A stretch of 63,991 nucleotides of DNA, filler included, from Lama guanicoe (GCA_013239625.1; 75 parts of 75 records of this genome joined end to end with filler, not necessarily neighbours in it), one strand, 5' to 3'; counted from the whole stretch's first letter, positions 24,557 through 38,328 are shown. Notes: a model not told the origin generated them from the letters alone. Program-made: numbers and translations.

Positions 24557-26332
24557 TTGCACCTTCTTACAGTCTTAACTTTACTGTTTGTAAAGGAAGT
24601 CTTAAACAACGTTATTTTATTTTATTCCTTTGCTTAGTGCTTCAGGGTAGCACAATGTCCATTATGTCNNNNNNNNNNNNNNNNNNNNNNNNNNNNNNNN
24701 NNNNNNNNNNNNTTAATTAATTAANNNNNNNNNNNNNNNNNNNNNNNNNNNNNNNNNNNNNNNNNNNNCAGTACCTGAGCTGCAATGAAGCCAGTAAGAG
24801 AAGAGCAAGCCCTTCCTGGAATTAGAGTTCCTCTAGCTTCATCGTCTGTGAACAACAGGGAACCCCAAAAAGGTCAAATACTCTCGTATGAAATAGATAG
24901 GATTTGAATACTTAGCTCCCACAAAGAAACGATGGCCTTCCGCTAGATTCAGCAAATGCTGGGTTNNNNNNNNNNNNNNNNNNNNNNNNNNNNNNNNNNN
25001 NNNNNNNNNNNNNNNNNNNNNNNNNNNNNNNNNNNNNNNNNNNNNNNNNNNNNNNNNNNNNNNNNNNNNNNNNNNNNNNNNNGAACTGTAAAAGTCGCCA
25101 ATGACATGAAAGACACAGCTTATGTGGACCGTCTTTCAATTGAGTCAAGTCCCCGGGGGCAATCTATAATGGGGGTGCAGTCTTGGTTGCATTATAGTGC
25201 TTTACCCAACATGATCGGATGATTAAGCTTTCTCATCACTGATANNNNNNNNNNNNNNNNNNNNNNNNNNNNNNNNNNNNNNNNNNNNTTAATTAATTAA
25301 NNNNNNNNNNNNNNNNNNNNNNNNNNNNNNNNNNNNNNNNNNNNACTAAATAAGTAAATAAATAAACATCTTGACATGAACCCATGAAAAATTTTGTGAA
25401 GAGAAAGAAACAAAACAAATCGAGAGAGAGAGAGAGAGATGGTGATTGTGATAGTGGTACATAAACAAAGCAACTGTCAGAAAACATCTGTTTTGTATTT
25501 AATTAAAATTGTTGAAATGTGCTCCAGGAAACAAAAGATGAAAATGAGAGGATGAATGTTCATTTTGTATTCTGCATTTAAATATGACGAAATTGCAGGA
25601 AATCAAAGATATAACTGCAGAATTAAAATCTGTGTTTGAAGCAGTAAAATGTAAAATTGATACCAAAGAGAAAACTAAGTAAGTGATGTGAGGAACAAAC
25701 TTGAGAAAGCTCTTCCCAGAATTCATTGGGCAAAAAAATTAAAAGAAGCAGTGGAAAAAAAATAGAGAGAGAATGCATAAGTCTAGAAAAAAATAGATAA
25801 AATAAAAATAATAGTAATATAATTAGAAATTATGGCATTAAAAAACATTTTTGGAAAATGAAAAAAGTAATATGAATTTCTCAAATTTTTGATGCTTACT
25901 AAAAAACAGGTTCAAATACATTTTTTAAATATCACCGAATTAGAAGTAAAAATACTATACATACGTCAGTTCTTTATAGAAAAAATAAAAGAAAATATAG
26001 TTCTTATAAAGGTGATCGGAAACAGTAGAAATACATGTGCAAGTCAGAGGCTGTTAAGAGATTTATTTTAAAAATTACTCACATCTGTAAAGGAAATAAA
26101 ATTTGTTTATGTGTGTGTATCTGTGTTTGATGTGTGTGCGTGTGTGTATATAATAAAAGAAAAAATGCCTATGGCCAAAAAAGGGGGGCAAAATCTATGA
26201 GGCAGAATTAGTTCCAAATGCAATAGATATACNNNNNNNNNNNNNNNNNNNNNNNNNNNNNNNNNNNNNNNNNNNNTTAATTAATTAANNNNNNNNNNNN
26301 NNNNNNNNNNNNNNNNNNNNNNNNNNNNNNNN

Positions 26333-26900
26333 ACAGCGGGCGCCCTGGACAGCTGGGGAGCCCCAGATCAGGGCGGGGTCCTTGGGAGAAACTGGGGTCG
26401 GGGGCACTGCCCACTTGGTGGCAGTCAGCACTGCTGCCTTGGCCTCCAGCAGCTTCAGCCACACCATCAGCTCCGACACTTTGCTGCAGTTGAGACAACC
26501 TGAGAAGGCTACAGGCCAAAATGCCATCCGTTGCACGGTGCTGCCCAGCCACCCGGGCTCCACGGGGCCTGAGGAGCTTGAAACTGCCCCACAGCTCACC
26601 CCCATGTGCCCAGGGCATCACCTCCACTCGCAGGCCATCACTGTCTTGTATGTCACCTTGTGTGCGGGTCTCACCACAGTTCTGTAGCTGTTCCCAGGGC
26701 AGCTCAGAGGCCAAGGGCAATTCTGCGGCACTCGCTGAAGGTAGGAGCCATTCTGCACATGGCACGAGATGGCGCAGGTCACCATGAATGAGCACCAGTT
26801 CCTGCGTGCAGAGAACGCGGTCCCCTACGCGCCACGCAACGCTGCCCCCAGCGAGCAGGAGCCTGAAGCAGAGTAGCATCCAGCACCCCAGCCTGGCGTC
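26333..26900 (-). pseudogene. EMID1: EMID1 processed pseudogene (signal peptide, EMI domain, coiled-coil region; truncated by scaffold end)
   Basis: Reads WMLLCFRLLLAGGSVAWRVG / FSARRNWCSFMVTCAISCHVQNGSYLQRVPQNCPWPLSCPGNSYRTVVRP...EWR*CPGH...AFSGCLNCSKVSEL...LEAK...VPPTP, colinear with EMID1 and without introns. Frameshift at ~26822; TGA at 26618-26620. Confidence 0.9.
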
Positions 26901-27889
26901 TCCACCCTTGTCCCCAGGATGCATGGATCCCAGTTCCAGGCCCCCAGTGCAGCGGCAGGAAAACAGGCAGGAGGCGGGTGCAGGGCCCAACAAAGTCTAT
27001 TTTAAATCAAAATAATTCTCAGCCATCTNNNNNNNNNNNNNNNNNNNNNNNNNNNNNNNNNNNNNNNNNNNNTTAATTAATTAANNNNNNNNNNNNNNNN
27101 NNNNNNNNNNNNNNNNNNNNNNNNNNNNGGGTGGGAATTAATGCAGTGGGGGGCGAGGGGCGGGGACTTAGTTGGGGACATTAAGGAAGAGAATTGTAGA
27201 ACTAAAGGGGTGAGGGAGTGGAAAAGTAAAGGAAAACTCCCAGATGTATGTCACGGAAAACAGATGGGATAGTGATGTCACTGTTTTAAGAAGTAAACCT
27301 AGTTCTGAGCGAGTGTAAATCCAAACATACAGAGCTTGAGATTTTTATGGACTAATCAAGTGGGAATGTCTACATGTCAATTATAAGTGTATTTCTGGGA
27401 CTGAAATGAAATGTCCTTGCTGGAAAAGACTTGAATGACAGATAATCATTGGACAGAGAGAAGTTGAAGCAACGGGAATAAATGCCACCCACTGACATTT
27501 TTATCAAAGAAAAGGGAAGAGGGCACTTCTGGTTCAGAAAATGTGGCAGACCGGAAACTTGAAGACACACTCACTACAGACACATAAAAACGTAGGACAC
27601 AATGCCACCAAACTTTTCTTGTTTGTTTTTTTTTTTATTTTACAGGCATCTTTATTGTGGTATGATTCCTGNNNNNNNNNNNNNNNNNNNNNNNNNNNNN
27701 NNNNNNNNNNNNNNNTTAATTAATTAANNNNNNNNNNNNNNNNNNNNNNNNNNNNNNNNNNNNNNNNNNNNTAAGTAAATTTCCGAGAAGCTTCCATCAT
27801 TGAACTGATGTGGAGGAAAGTGCAACTAGTAACAGGTCACAGACCTGGACACTGAAGGAAAGGCCGGCTTTATTAGAAACAAGAAAGCT

Positions 27890-27990
27890 GATATTTATTG
27901 AGCTCATTATATGTCAGGCACTGTAGTTCGCATTTCAGATTCATTATCTACTTTAAATATCACAAAGTTTATGAGATAGGTTTTATTGTT
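27890..27990 (-). mobile_element. MIR fragment
   Basis: atttattgagctcattatatgtcaggcactgt...tatgagataggt resembles a MIR in antisense. Confidence 0.65.
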
Positions 27991-30861
27991 NNNNNNNNNN
28001 NNNNNNNNNNNNNNNNNNNNNNNNNNNNNNNNNNNNNNNNNNNNNNNNNNNNNNNNNNNNNNNNNNNNNNNNNNNNNNNNNNNNNNNNNNNNNNNNNNNN
28101 NNNNNNNNNNNNNNNNNNNNNNNNNNNNNNNNNNNNTGGTTGGGATAGTGATGGTGACATTACTGGTTTAAACTGGAACCCAAAGGGAACTAGGAAAGAG
28201 GATGCCAAACCTGGGTACCAATTGCCCCAGGATCAATAGACAAGGAAACCATCCACTACCCAGTTGACAGCGCTGAAAGCTTTAGCAAGATTCTCACATG
28301 GCGGTGTGCTGGGGAGAGAAGGGGCTGCAGGGAAGGATGGGCTATTATTCCTTAAACTCTCCACCCATGTTTCCTTATGAAGACCTGTGTTCCTTGCCTT
28401 TGCCCTTCCTCCTGCAACGCTACCCCCTCAAACATCCATATGCTGTACCTCTCACTCCCTTTATGTCTTTGCTCAGATATCACCCCTTTATGAATGCTCT
28501 CTCTAAATCTTTCTATTTTCCTTTTTTGAGAATCAGGCTCTACCACTTTGCATGTATGAAGAATGAAAGCTGAAGCACAGTCCCTCTGGCCTCCCTGCCG
28601 CCCCTCAGTGCTCCTGGAATAGATGGTGGGGAAGCCCGGTCACAGTAGGAGGCAGCATCACTGACCAANNNNNNNNNNNNNNNNNNNNNNNNNNNNNNNN
28701 NNNNNNNNNNNNTTAATTAATTAANNNNNNNNNNNNNNNNNNNNNNNNNNNNNNNNNNNNNNNNNNNNGGGACTTGGCAAGGATGGGCACACGCCTTGGC
28801 AGGTCTTGAGGAGCACATGGACTTCTAAGAAGCTGGCCACGTTGAAGGCCAGACCATATTTACTCTCTTGTACCAGTAGGTCTGGCAGGATGGAGGTGGG
28901 CTTTTGGGAGTATCCCAAACCTGGCCTAGCACCATAGAGAGGCAGGAGATGCAAGGCTAAATGAAAGTCTGTGTGGACCTATCATTTCTACAAGAGGCTA
29001 TCAGTTTAATGGGATAAATGAGTGAATGAGCCTAAGTGACAATGAGCTCAGCTGCTGCTGATACTAGATAAAGAAAATAATCAGGAACAATAAACACTAA
29101 ATTACCATACCGAAAAACCATTTCATACAGGAGACAAGCAAACTTTCTGCTTACCCCAAAAGTGGTTCTAGAACATTAGACTTTGAGAACGTGCAATGTG
29201 TAAATGTATATGGTATGAAAGAGTGAGAAAGTCCTAAGTCCAAGCTGCCTTCNNNNNNNNNNNNNNNNNNNNNNNNNNNNNNNNNNNNNNNNNNNNTTAA
29301 TTAATTAANNNNNNNNNNNNNNNNNNNNNNNNNNNNNNNNNNNNNNNNNNNNAGGCTGCTGCTGCGTGACAGAGAGGGAGGCAAGGAGCAAAAGTGAACG
29401 GACGGGTGATACAGGCGTCCCTAGCCTGGTCACGAACTCCACCAGGGGCCATGGATGGCGCTGGGGATCGTTGGCTCAGATCTGTGCATCTTAACTTACA
29501 TGCTTTTTTCCCCTGGACTTCTGTGTGACTGTTTTAATTCCAACATTATATATTTTCATAAGTGCACTGCAAAAAAAAAAAAAAACCATCCCAAGCCTCT
29601 CTGGATGATCTTATAAAGCTGGCCTGAAGAACAAGTGAGGTAAATAGTTATAAAGATGAGTTTCTGCAACTTATGCCAGAGCAAGTAGGAAATTACTTTT
29701 CTTAAAGAGAATTTTGCTTTTGTTGTTTTTTTGTTTGTGATGCATTAATAAAATTATGGCTATTTTAGAATAATCACAAATTGGTTACTTCTCTTATTTA
29801 ACAGCCATCAAACATAGGACATTGGGTGTTTTTATTCCCCCAATTCCCATACAGATCCTTTTATCATATCATATGGTTTTGTCTATTCTTTGTCCCCAGA
29901 CTTTGCTTTGTCCCCAGACTTTGGCATTTTCCCCAAAGCCTGGTGTACGATTCTGGATAAACCAAGAAGTTAGCCTGTAACAATGATATATGAGTCATTT
30001 AAATCTTAAAGCATCATTATTTCTCAGGTATGTTTCTATTTTGTTAGTGAAAAGGACCTGATGCTTATTAATTCCCTAATGAGTCAGGTGCTCTGAATTC
30101 ATTTAATCTTCCCTGCATCTGTGGNNNNNNNNNNNNNNNNNNNNNNNNNNNNNNNNNNNNNNNNNNNNTTAATTAATTAANNNNNNNNNNNNNNNNNNNN
30201 NNNNNNNNNNNNNNNNNNNNNNNNTAATTGTGGTCCTTCACGCGCCTCTCTTTCCCCACTGAGCTGTGTTCAAGGAATTTTTCCCGCTGACCTATAGTGA
30301 TGATGGAACCATGGAAGCCCGATATCCTTTCCTGTGATGCTCTACCTCAGGGATGCTACTGGCAACCAGATGGAGTACTCAGTAGATTTGCCAAGAGTGA
30401 CGTGGCTTGTAATCGTGGCACAGGGTGTTAACTGCATACTTCACATGAGCTAAATATTCTTTTCATCGTGGTGGGAAACGGTGGTAGTCAGTTTTTTTTT
30501 NNNNNNNNNNNTTTGGCAATATCCTAAGTACACTTTATATTAGAGCTTATGGGCCAAGTGTTGACGTTGAGCAACAGTTTTACTGGATTAAAAACTATTC
30601 ATGAAATAATTGCCTGCAGAGGATTAGAGGTTATGGACCACGTTAAGTCACAATTAGAGACTTACTGTATCTTTAGGGTTGGGTGATTGTGTCATTATGG
30701 TATGTTACTCCTATTCATAGCAAGTTGAAAATGATACTATAGAAGTATGATGTTATTTTAANNNNNNNNNNNNNNNNNNNNNNNNNNNNNNNNNNNNNNN
30801 NNNNNTTAATTAATTAANNNNNNNNNNNNNNNNNNNNNNNNNNNNNNNNNNNNNNNNNNNN

Positions 30862-31482
30862 TTACAATATAGAATACAAAATACTGAATACAGAATTTAG
30901 AATATGAAAGGGGAACACAGAATATAGAATATAGAAAAGAGAATTTAGAAGATGGAATGCAGAACACAGAATTTAGAATATAGAATACAGAATACTGAAT
31001 ATAGAATTTAGATTATAGAATGTAGAACACAGTATATAGAATATAGATTACGGAATGCAGAATAAAGAATACAGAAAATAGAANNNNNNNNNNNNNNNNN
31101 NNNNNNNNNNNNNNNNNNNNNNNNNNNNNNNNNNNNNNNNNNNNNNNNNNNNNNNNNNNNNNNNNNNNNNNNNNNNNNNNNNNNNNNNNCTGAATATAGG
31201 ATTTAGACTATAAAATGTAGAACACAGGATATAGAATATAGAATAGAGGATATAGAAACCAGAATTTAGAACATGGAATGGAGAACACAGACTTTAGAAT
31301 GTAGAATTTGGAATACTGAATATAGAATTTAGAGTATAGTATATAGAACACAAAATATAGAATACATAATACGGAATGCAGAATATAGAATACAGAAAAT
31401 CGAAATTAGAAAACAGTATATAGAATATGGAATACAGAATACAGAACCCAGAATTTAGAAATGGAACGCAGAACACATAATG
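30862..31482. repeat. Satellite A
   Basis: tagaata heptamers. Confidence 0.94.
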
Positions 31483-32959
31483 NNNNNNNNNNNNNNNNNN
31501 NNNNNNNNNNNNNNNNNNNNNNNNNNTTAATTAATTAANNNNNNNNNNNNNNNNNNNNNNNNNNNNNNNNNNNNNNNNNNNNGTCAATGTACTTAATATC
31601 ACTGGACTGTACACTTAAAATGGTTCATATGATAAAAAGTCTGTTAAAATGGTTAAATATTTTTAAAAGTCTAAAGATGTTCCTTTTAAGATTTCTACTC
31701 TACACAACTTCCAAATGCAAGTATAAGAGGCTGTTACAAGATCACTTATAAATCATCCATTATTGTTCGAATTTTCAGGCACTGAGAAAATGGGGTTCGA
31801 GGTAGAAGAAGGAAATTGGAAAGAAGGAGTATTTGGTTTTGTAGAACATTGATTGAACAAAGAGGTCCTGGACGTGTGCAAAATCAGCCACATGACGACA
31901 AAAAATGCTTTTGGAGGAGTGGTGCATTGAAGGGCAGGAGCAGAGAAAGAAGAGAATTCATATTCTGCTCCTTCCCAACGTCCCTCTTAGAGCCACTAAT
32001 TATTGATCATTTTCTGGGTAAGACTGGTGAGAGGCAGCTAAATCTACATTACGAAAATTGAACTCTTTCATGCTCGAGGTGTTAATAAGATGGAACGAGT
32101 ATTAGCACAAAGTTGGTGACACAGTAGGCACCTTAGAAAGTAAATGAGTACCATTAACTCAGCTAATAAAGTAAAATAAACAAATTCATTCAACAGTGTA
32201 AGACAGCGTGATACTCAAAAAGAGGAAAGCCACACAGAGATTTCATGATCTTCCTCACTCAGAACAATGCCTGTAATATAATATAATATACAGTCAATAA
32301 ATATTTATTGAACAAATTGATCTGAAAATCCAACAATTCACACATTTTTGACTAATTTTTGAGTCAGATTATTTCTAAATTTCCTCAGTCAGTTCTTCTA
32401 GCACAATCTAATCACCAAATAGCAAAGATTTTATGTGGCTNNNNNNNNNNNNNNNNNNNNNNNNNNNNNNNNNNNNNNNNNNNNNNNNNNNNNNNNNNNN
32501 NNNNNNNNNNNNNNNNNNNNNNNNNNNNNNNNNNNNNNNNNNNNNNNNNNNNNNNNNNNNNNNNNNNNNNNNNNNNNNNNNNNNNNNNNNNNNNNACTTC
32601 CTGTCTGGCAATAACCTGGCATGGTCCCTACAGCAGGTGGATGGGCCAAGCAGAGCCCTGGGTTCTGGTACACCTCCCTCCAACACACCTCGCACTGTGG
32701 GCTCACTCAGTGCANNNNNNNNNNNNNNNNNNNNNNNNNNNNNNNNNNNNNNNNNNNNTTAATTAATTAANNNNNNNNNNNNNNNNNNNNNNNNNNNNNN
32801 NNNNNNNNNNNNNNTATCTAAAAACAATGTTTATAACTGCTACTCCTGGTTAAATACACACACACACACGCACACGCACACGCACAAATTCCTTCTCCCT
32901 TTTTCCAAGTAGAGAATTGTTTATGAATTGAGAGAAAATTAATTCAAAAATAATTTATG

Positions 32960-33105
32960 ACACCTTGTAATGCCCTATAATGGAAAAGAATACGAAAATG
33001 AATATATATATGTGTATAAATAATGTTTTGTTAATTTCTCGTGCTCTACACGAGAAATTAACAAAACATTAAGTCAACTATACTTAACTAACATTTTTAA
33101 AAAAT
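32960..33105 (+). mobile_element. L1 extreme 3' end carrying a perfect 23-bp hairpin
   Basis: cttgtaatgccctataatggaaaagaatacgaaaatgaatatatatatg...tcaactatactt plus an A-tail, typical of cetartiodactyl L1 3' UTR. Confidence 0.8.
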
Positions 33106-33500
33106 AATTTCTAACAGTGACTCATAATTGGTAGACTATTAAGAAAGAACTTTTTCAAATATATATCTCTTTAGATCTCTCTCCTGCTTAAAGTCTTCAG
33201 TAATTCCCCCACCCACCCCGACTGCAGGATAAATTCTAAGCCCTGTTTTATGCATGCACACCCGTTCACACTTTCCAGCCTCATCAGTCACCCGTTGTCA
33301 CCATGCTTTCTAATCCATGTTTGGTTTATTTGATGTTGCTTGAACCCACACACCAGAAGTATTGTTATTTTATGCCTTTGCCTAGAAATGCCTTCCCCAG
33401 NNNNNNNNNNNNNNNNNNNNNNNNNNNNNNNNNNNNNNNNNNNNTTAATTAATTAANNNNNNNNNNNNNNNNNNNNNNNNNNNNNNNNNNNNNNNNNNNN

Positions 33501-34356
33501 CACAATCACCCTGATACCACAACCAGGAAAAGACACTACCAAATAAGAGTATTAGAAGCCAATATCACTGATGAACACAGACGCCAAAATTCTCACCTAA
33601 ATATTAGCAAATATAATCCAACAACACAGAAAAAAGATTATACATCATGACCAAGTGGGGATCATGCCAGGGACAAAGGGGTAGTTCAACATATGCAAAT
33701 CAATCAATGTAATGCAGCACATCAACAAGAGAAAGGAACAAAACCCCATGATCANNNNNNNNNNNNNNNNNNNNNNNNNNNNNNNNNNNNNNNNNNNNNN
33801 NNNNNNNNNNNNNNNNNNNNNNNNNNNNNNNNNNNNNNNNNNNNNNNNNNNNNNNNNNNNNNNNNNNNNNNNNNNNNNNNNNNNNNNNNNNNNNNNNNNN
33901 NNNNNNNNNNNNNNNNNNNNNNNNNNNNNNNNNNNNNNNNNNNNNNNNNNNNNNNNNNNNNNNNNNNNNNNNNNNNNNNNNNNNNNNNNNNNNNNNNNNN
34001 NNNNNNNNNNNNNNNNNNNNNNNNNNNNNNNNNNNNNNNNNNNNNNNNNNNNNNNNNNNNNNNNNNNNNNNNNNNNNNNNNNNNNNNNNNNNNNNNNNNN
34101 NNNNNNNNNNNNNNNNNNNNNNNNTCAATCATCAATGCAGCAGGTTACAAGATTAAGGTTCAAAAATCAGTGGCATTTTTTACACTAAAGGTTCAGATAA
34201 TACTATAGAGCTTAAGTCAACATGACAGCACTGTATTGGAAGGAAAAGATACATATATTCCAATTGAACAGAATAGAGAGCCCAGAAATGAACCCACAAA
34301 CTTTTGTTCAATTAATCTTCAACAAAGGAGGCAAGGAAATACAATGGAATAGAGAC
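33501..34356 (+). mobile_element. LINE-1 ORF2 fragment with gap and internal deletion
   Basis: RT start (gatacc..accagg..gacactacc), then AGYKI..QKSVAF joined directly to the [10 protein letters not shown] region. Confidence 0.9.
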
Positions 34357-34456
34357 NNNNNNNNNNNNNNNNNNNNNNNNNNNNNNNNNNNNNNNNNNNN
34401 TTAATTAATTAANNNNNNNNNNNNNNNNNNNNNNNNNNNNNNNNNNNNNNNNNNNN

Positions 34457-34964
34457 TCCTGTATTCTTTTTTCCATATTCTATATTCTGTTTCCAACATT
34501 CTATAACTTGTATTCTATATTCTGCATTCTGTATTCTATATACAATATTCTGTGTTCTTCATTCTATATTCTAAATTCTATATTCAGCATTCCGTATGCT
34601 ATATTCTAAATTCTGTGTTCTGCATTCCATGTTCTAAATTCTGGGATCTATAATCTATATTCTATATTATAAATTCTGTGTTCTACATTCTATATCCTAA
34701 TTAGTATATTCAGCTTTCTGTATTCTATATTATAAATTCTGTGTTCTACATTCTTTATTCTAAATTCTATATTCAGTATTAATTATTCTATATTCTAAAT
34801 TCTGTGTTCTGCATAGCATATTCTTTATACTGGATTCTATATTCTGTATTCTACATTCTATATTCCGTGTTCTACATTAATATAATCTAAATTCTATATT
34901 CAATATTCTGTATTATATATTCTAAATTCTGTTTTCTACATTCTAAATTCTAAATTAAATATTC
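34457..34964. repeat. Satellite A
   Basis: tattcta heptamers. Confidence 0.94.
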
Positions 34965-35064
34965 NNNNNNNNNNNNNNNNNNNNNNNNNNNNNNNNNNNN
35001 NNNNNNNNTTAATTAATTAANNNNNNNNNNNNNNNNNNNNNNNNNNNNNNNNNNNNNNNNNNNN

Positions 35065-35800
35065 CTATTGGCCATTTGTATATCTTCATTGGAGAATTGC
35101 TTGTTTAGTTTTTTGGCCCATTTTTGGATTGGGTTGTTTTTTTTTTCTTATTAAGTTGTATGAACTATTTTTATAGTCTACAGGTTAAGCCATGTTCAGT
35201 CTCATCTTTTGCAAATACTTTCTCCCAATCCATAGGTTGTCTTTTCGTTTTGCTTATGGTTTCTATTGCTTTGAAATAGCTGATAGGTGTAACTAGGTCC
35301 CATTTGTTTATTTTGGCTTTTATTTTCTGTTGCTTGGGTGGATTGCCCTAGGAAAACNNNNNNNNNNNNNNNNNNNNNNNNNNNNNNNNNNNNNNNNNNN
35401 NNNNNNNNNNNNNNNNNNNNNNNNNNNNNNNNNNNNNNNNNNNNNNNNNNNNNNNNNNNNNNNNNNNNNNNNNNNNNNNNNNNNNNNNNNNNNNNNNNNN
35501 NNNNNNNNNNNNNNNNNNNNNNNNNNNNNNNNNNNNNNNNNNNNNNNNNNNNNNNNNNNNNNNNNNNNNNNNNNNNNNNNNNNNNNNNNNNNNNNNNGAG
35601 AAAAAGGAAAAAGAAAGAGAAAAAAATCTATCTTTTCTTGCTACCGTCTCCCTTTCCCACCATTTTGTATTTTGATGTACTTTTTCTTTTTTACATCTTC
35701 ATGTTTATTGTCTTGTAACTCGTTATGTCATTTCCAATGATGGTTTTCCCATTTCTATAGCATCCTGCTTCCTTTTTGTTTAGAGTAGAACTTTTTAATG
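35065..35800 (-). mobile_element. LINE-1 fragments (ORF2 C-terminal part; ORF1/ORF2 spacer after the gap)
   Basis: ggcccatttttggattgggttg and ggtcccatttgtttattttgg; ctatagcatcctgc...tttagagtaga matches the antisense of the ORF1 end seen at ~57250. Confidence 0.85.
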
Positions 35801-36009
35801 TCTCTGTTTGGTTCCATATTGCTGAATTATCTCCCTAACCCCCTGCCCCCTGAGCCTCTCAATACTCAGTACAGGGAAGCCAAACCATCCTAGCCTTCAT
35901 CGGTCCTGGNNNNNNNNNNNNNNNNNNNNNNNNNNNNNNNNNNNNNNNNNNNNTTAATTAATTAANNNNNNNNNNNNNNNNNNNNNNNNNNNNNNNNNNN
36001 NNNNNNNNN

Positions 36010-36913
36010 AGAATGTAGAACACAGAATATAGAATATGGAATACGGAATGCCGAATTTCGTATTTGGAATAAAGAAAGAAGAAAACAAAATATAGAATAT
36101 ATAAAAGAGAATATAGAATCCTGAATTTAGAAATGGAATGCTGAACTCAGAATTTAGAATATAGAATACCTAATTCTGAATATAGTATTTAGAATATAGA
36201 ATGCAGAATATGGAATACAGTATACTGAATATTGAATTTAGAACATGGAATGCAGAACACAGAATTTAGAATATAGAATACAGTAAAGTGAATATAAAAT
36301 TTAGAATATACAATTTAGAACACAGAATATAGAATATAGAATACAGAATATAGAACATGAAAATAGAATGAAAAACACAAAGTATAGAAAATATAAAACA
36401 GAATATACAATCCAGGATTTAAAAATGGAATGCAGAACACAGAATTTAGAATACAGAATACAAAATACTGCATATAGAAATTAGAACATCGAATGAAGAA
36501 CTCAGAATTTCGAATTCAGAATACAAAATAATGAATATAGAATATAGAACATGGAATGCAGAACACAGAATTTAGAATACAGCATACAAAATACTGCATA
36601 TAGAAATTAGAACATCGAATGAAGAACTCAGAATTTCGAATTCAGAATACAAAATACTGAATATAGAAATTAGAACATCGAATGAAGAACTCAGAATTTC
36701 GAATTCAGAATACAAAATAATGAATATAGAATATAGAACATGGAATGCAGAACACAAAATTAAGAATATAGAATACAGAATACTGAATATAAATATTAGA
36801 ATTTAGGATGAAGAACACAGAATATAGAATATAGATTACGGAATGCAGAATATAGAAAACAGAATATAGAATGTGGAACACAGAATATAGAATATGGAAA
36901 ACAGAATACAGAA
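36010..36913. repeat. Satellite A, with local 63-bp duplications
   Basis: tagaata heptamers; gaaattagaacatcgaatgaagaactcagaatttcgaattcagaatacaaaata occurs three times. Confidence 0.94.
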
Positions 36914-37013
36914 NNNNNNNNNNNNNNNNNNNNNNNNNNNNNNNNNNNNNNNNNNNNTTAATTAATTAANNNNNNNNNNNNNNNNNNNNNNNNNNNNNNN
37001 NNNNNNNNNNNNN

Positions 37014-37790
37014 TACTTCCTCAGTGGATCAGGGGGCACTCACTGCTACGTGGCCTCCAAGAACAATCCCCAACTTTCCCTCATGGCCTGGCCTAAAAGA
37101 ACACTCAGGGAACAGAAGCTAAGGGATACTAATAGAATCCAGGTGCTGCTGTCAGTTTGAGGAACCTCCCCACACTCAGAATACCAGAACNNNNNNNNNN
37201 NNNNNNNNNNNNNNNNNNNNNNNNNNNNNNNNNNNNNNNNNNNNNNNNNNNNNNNNNNNNNNNNNNNNNNNNNNNNNNNNNNNNNNNNNNNNNNNNNNNN
37301 NNNNNNNNNNNNNNNNNNNNNNNNNNNNNNNNNNNNNNNNNNNNNNNNNNNNNNNNNNNNNNNNNNNNNNNNNNNNNNNNNNNNNNNNNNNNNNNNNNNN
37401 NNNNNNNNNNNNNNNNNNNNNNNNNNNNNNNNNNNNNNNNNNNNNNNNNNNNNNNNNNNNNNNNNNNGGTGGGGAAACAGATTCCACGCATCTTTATGGG
37501 GCACAGGTGTTCCAAGTTTGGGGAAGTAGTTTAAAACCCTCCACTACCCACAGAGATGCACTCGCTAATACTTGGCTTTAGAGCCCATCCCCCACCATCG
37601 CTTACTGCTAGGCCTAGGAAAACACTTAGGGAGGTCAAGCAAAGGGACTTTATTAAAACCCAGGTGCTGCTGTCTGTTGGAGGAACCTCCCCACACTCAG
37701 AACCACAGAACAATTCTTCCTATGTGTGCTGGACGTGGGGAAAAAACACACGCATTTTTCAGGGGTCACAGTAATTCCCAAGTTGTGGGT
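37014..37790 (+). repeat. Satellite E
   Basis: Same monomer motifs as 15102-15877 and 59888-60703. Confidence 0.87.
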
Positions 37791-37890
37791 NNNNNNNNNN
37801 NNNNNNNNNNNNNNNNNNNNNNNNNNNNNNNNNNTTAATTAATTAANNNNNNNNNNNNNNNNNNNNNNNNNNNNNNNNNNNNNNNNNNNN

Positions 37891-38328
37891 GGTAATTGGA
37901 TAGGGATTGCATTAAATTTGTAGATTGCCTTGGGCAGTGCAGCCATTCTAACAATATTGATTCTTCCAATCCAAGAGCATGGAATATCTTTCCATTTTTT
38001 AAAGTCTTCTTTAATTTCCTTCATCAATGGTTTATAGTTTTCTGTGTATAATTTTTCACTTCCTTGGTTAGATTTATTCCTAGATATTTTATTACTTTGG
38101 GTGCTATTTTAAAGGGGATTGTTTCTTTACTTTCTTTTTCTGTTGATTTATCGTTAGTGTAAAGAAATGCAACTGATTTTAGAACGTTAATTTTGTAACC
38201 TGCTACCTTGCTGAATTCTTCGTTCAGCTCTAGTAGCTTTTGTGTGGACCTTTTAGGGTTTTCTATATATAGCAACAGTGGCATATAATGACACTTTTAC
38301 CTCTTCTTTTCCAATTTGGATCCCTTTG
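37891..38328 (-). mobile_element. Relatively young LINE-1 ORF2 RT fragment, one frameshift
   Basis: YIENPKRSTQKLLEL..EFSKVAGYKIN..KSVAFLYT...[13 protein letters not shown] / [16 protein letters not shown]...[13 protein letters not shown]. Confidence 0.96.

Noticed and set aside
28769..28930. Possible minus-strand exon (…SKYGLAFNVASFLEVH…)
   Set aside because: No recognisable protein family and no donor site before the scaffold end.
30296..30400. Box C-like GTGATGA suggesting a C/D snoRNA
   Set aside because: No suitably placed box D (CTGA) or terminal stem.
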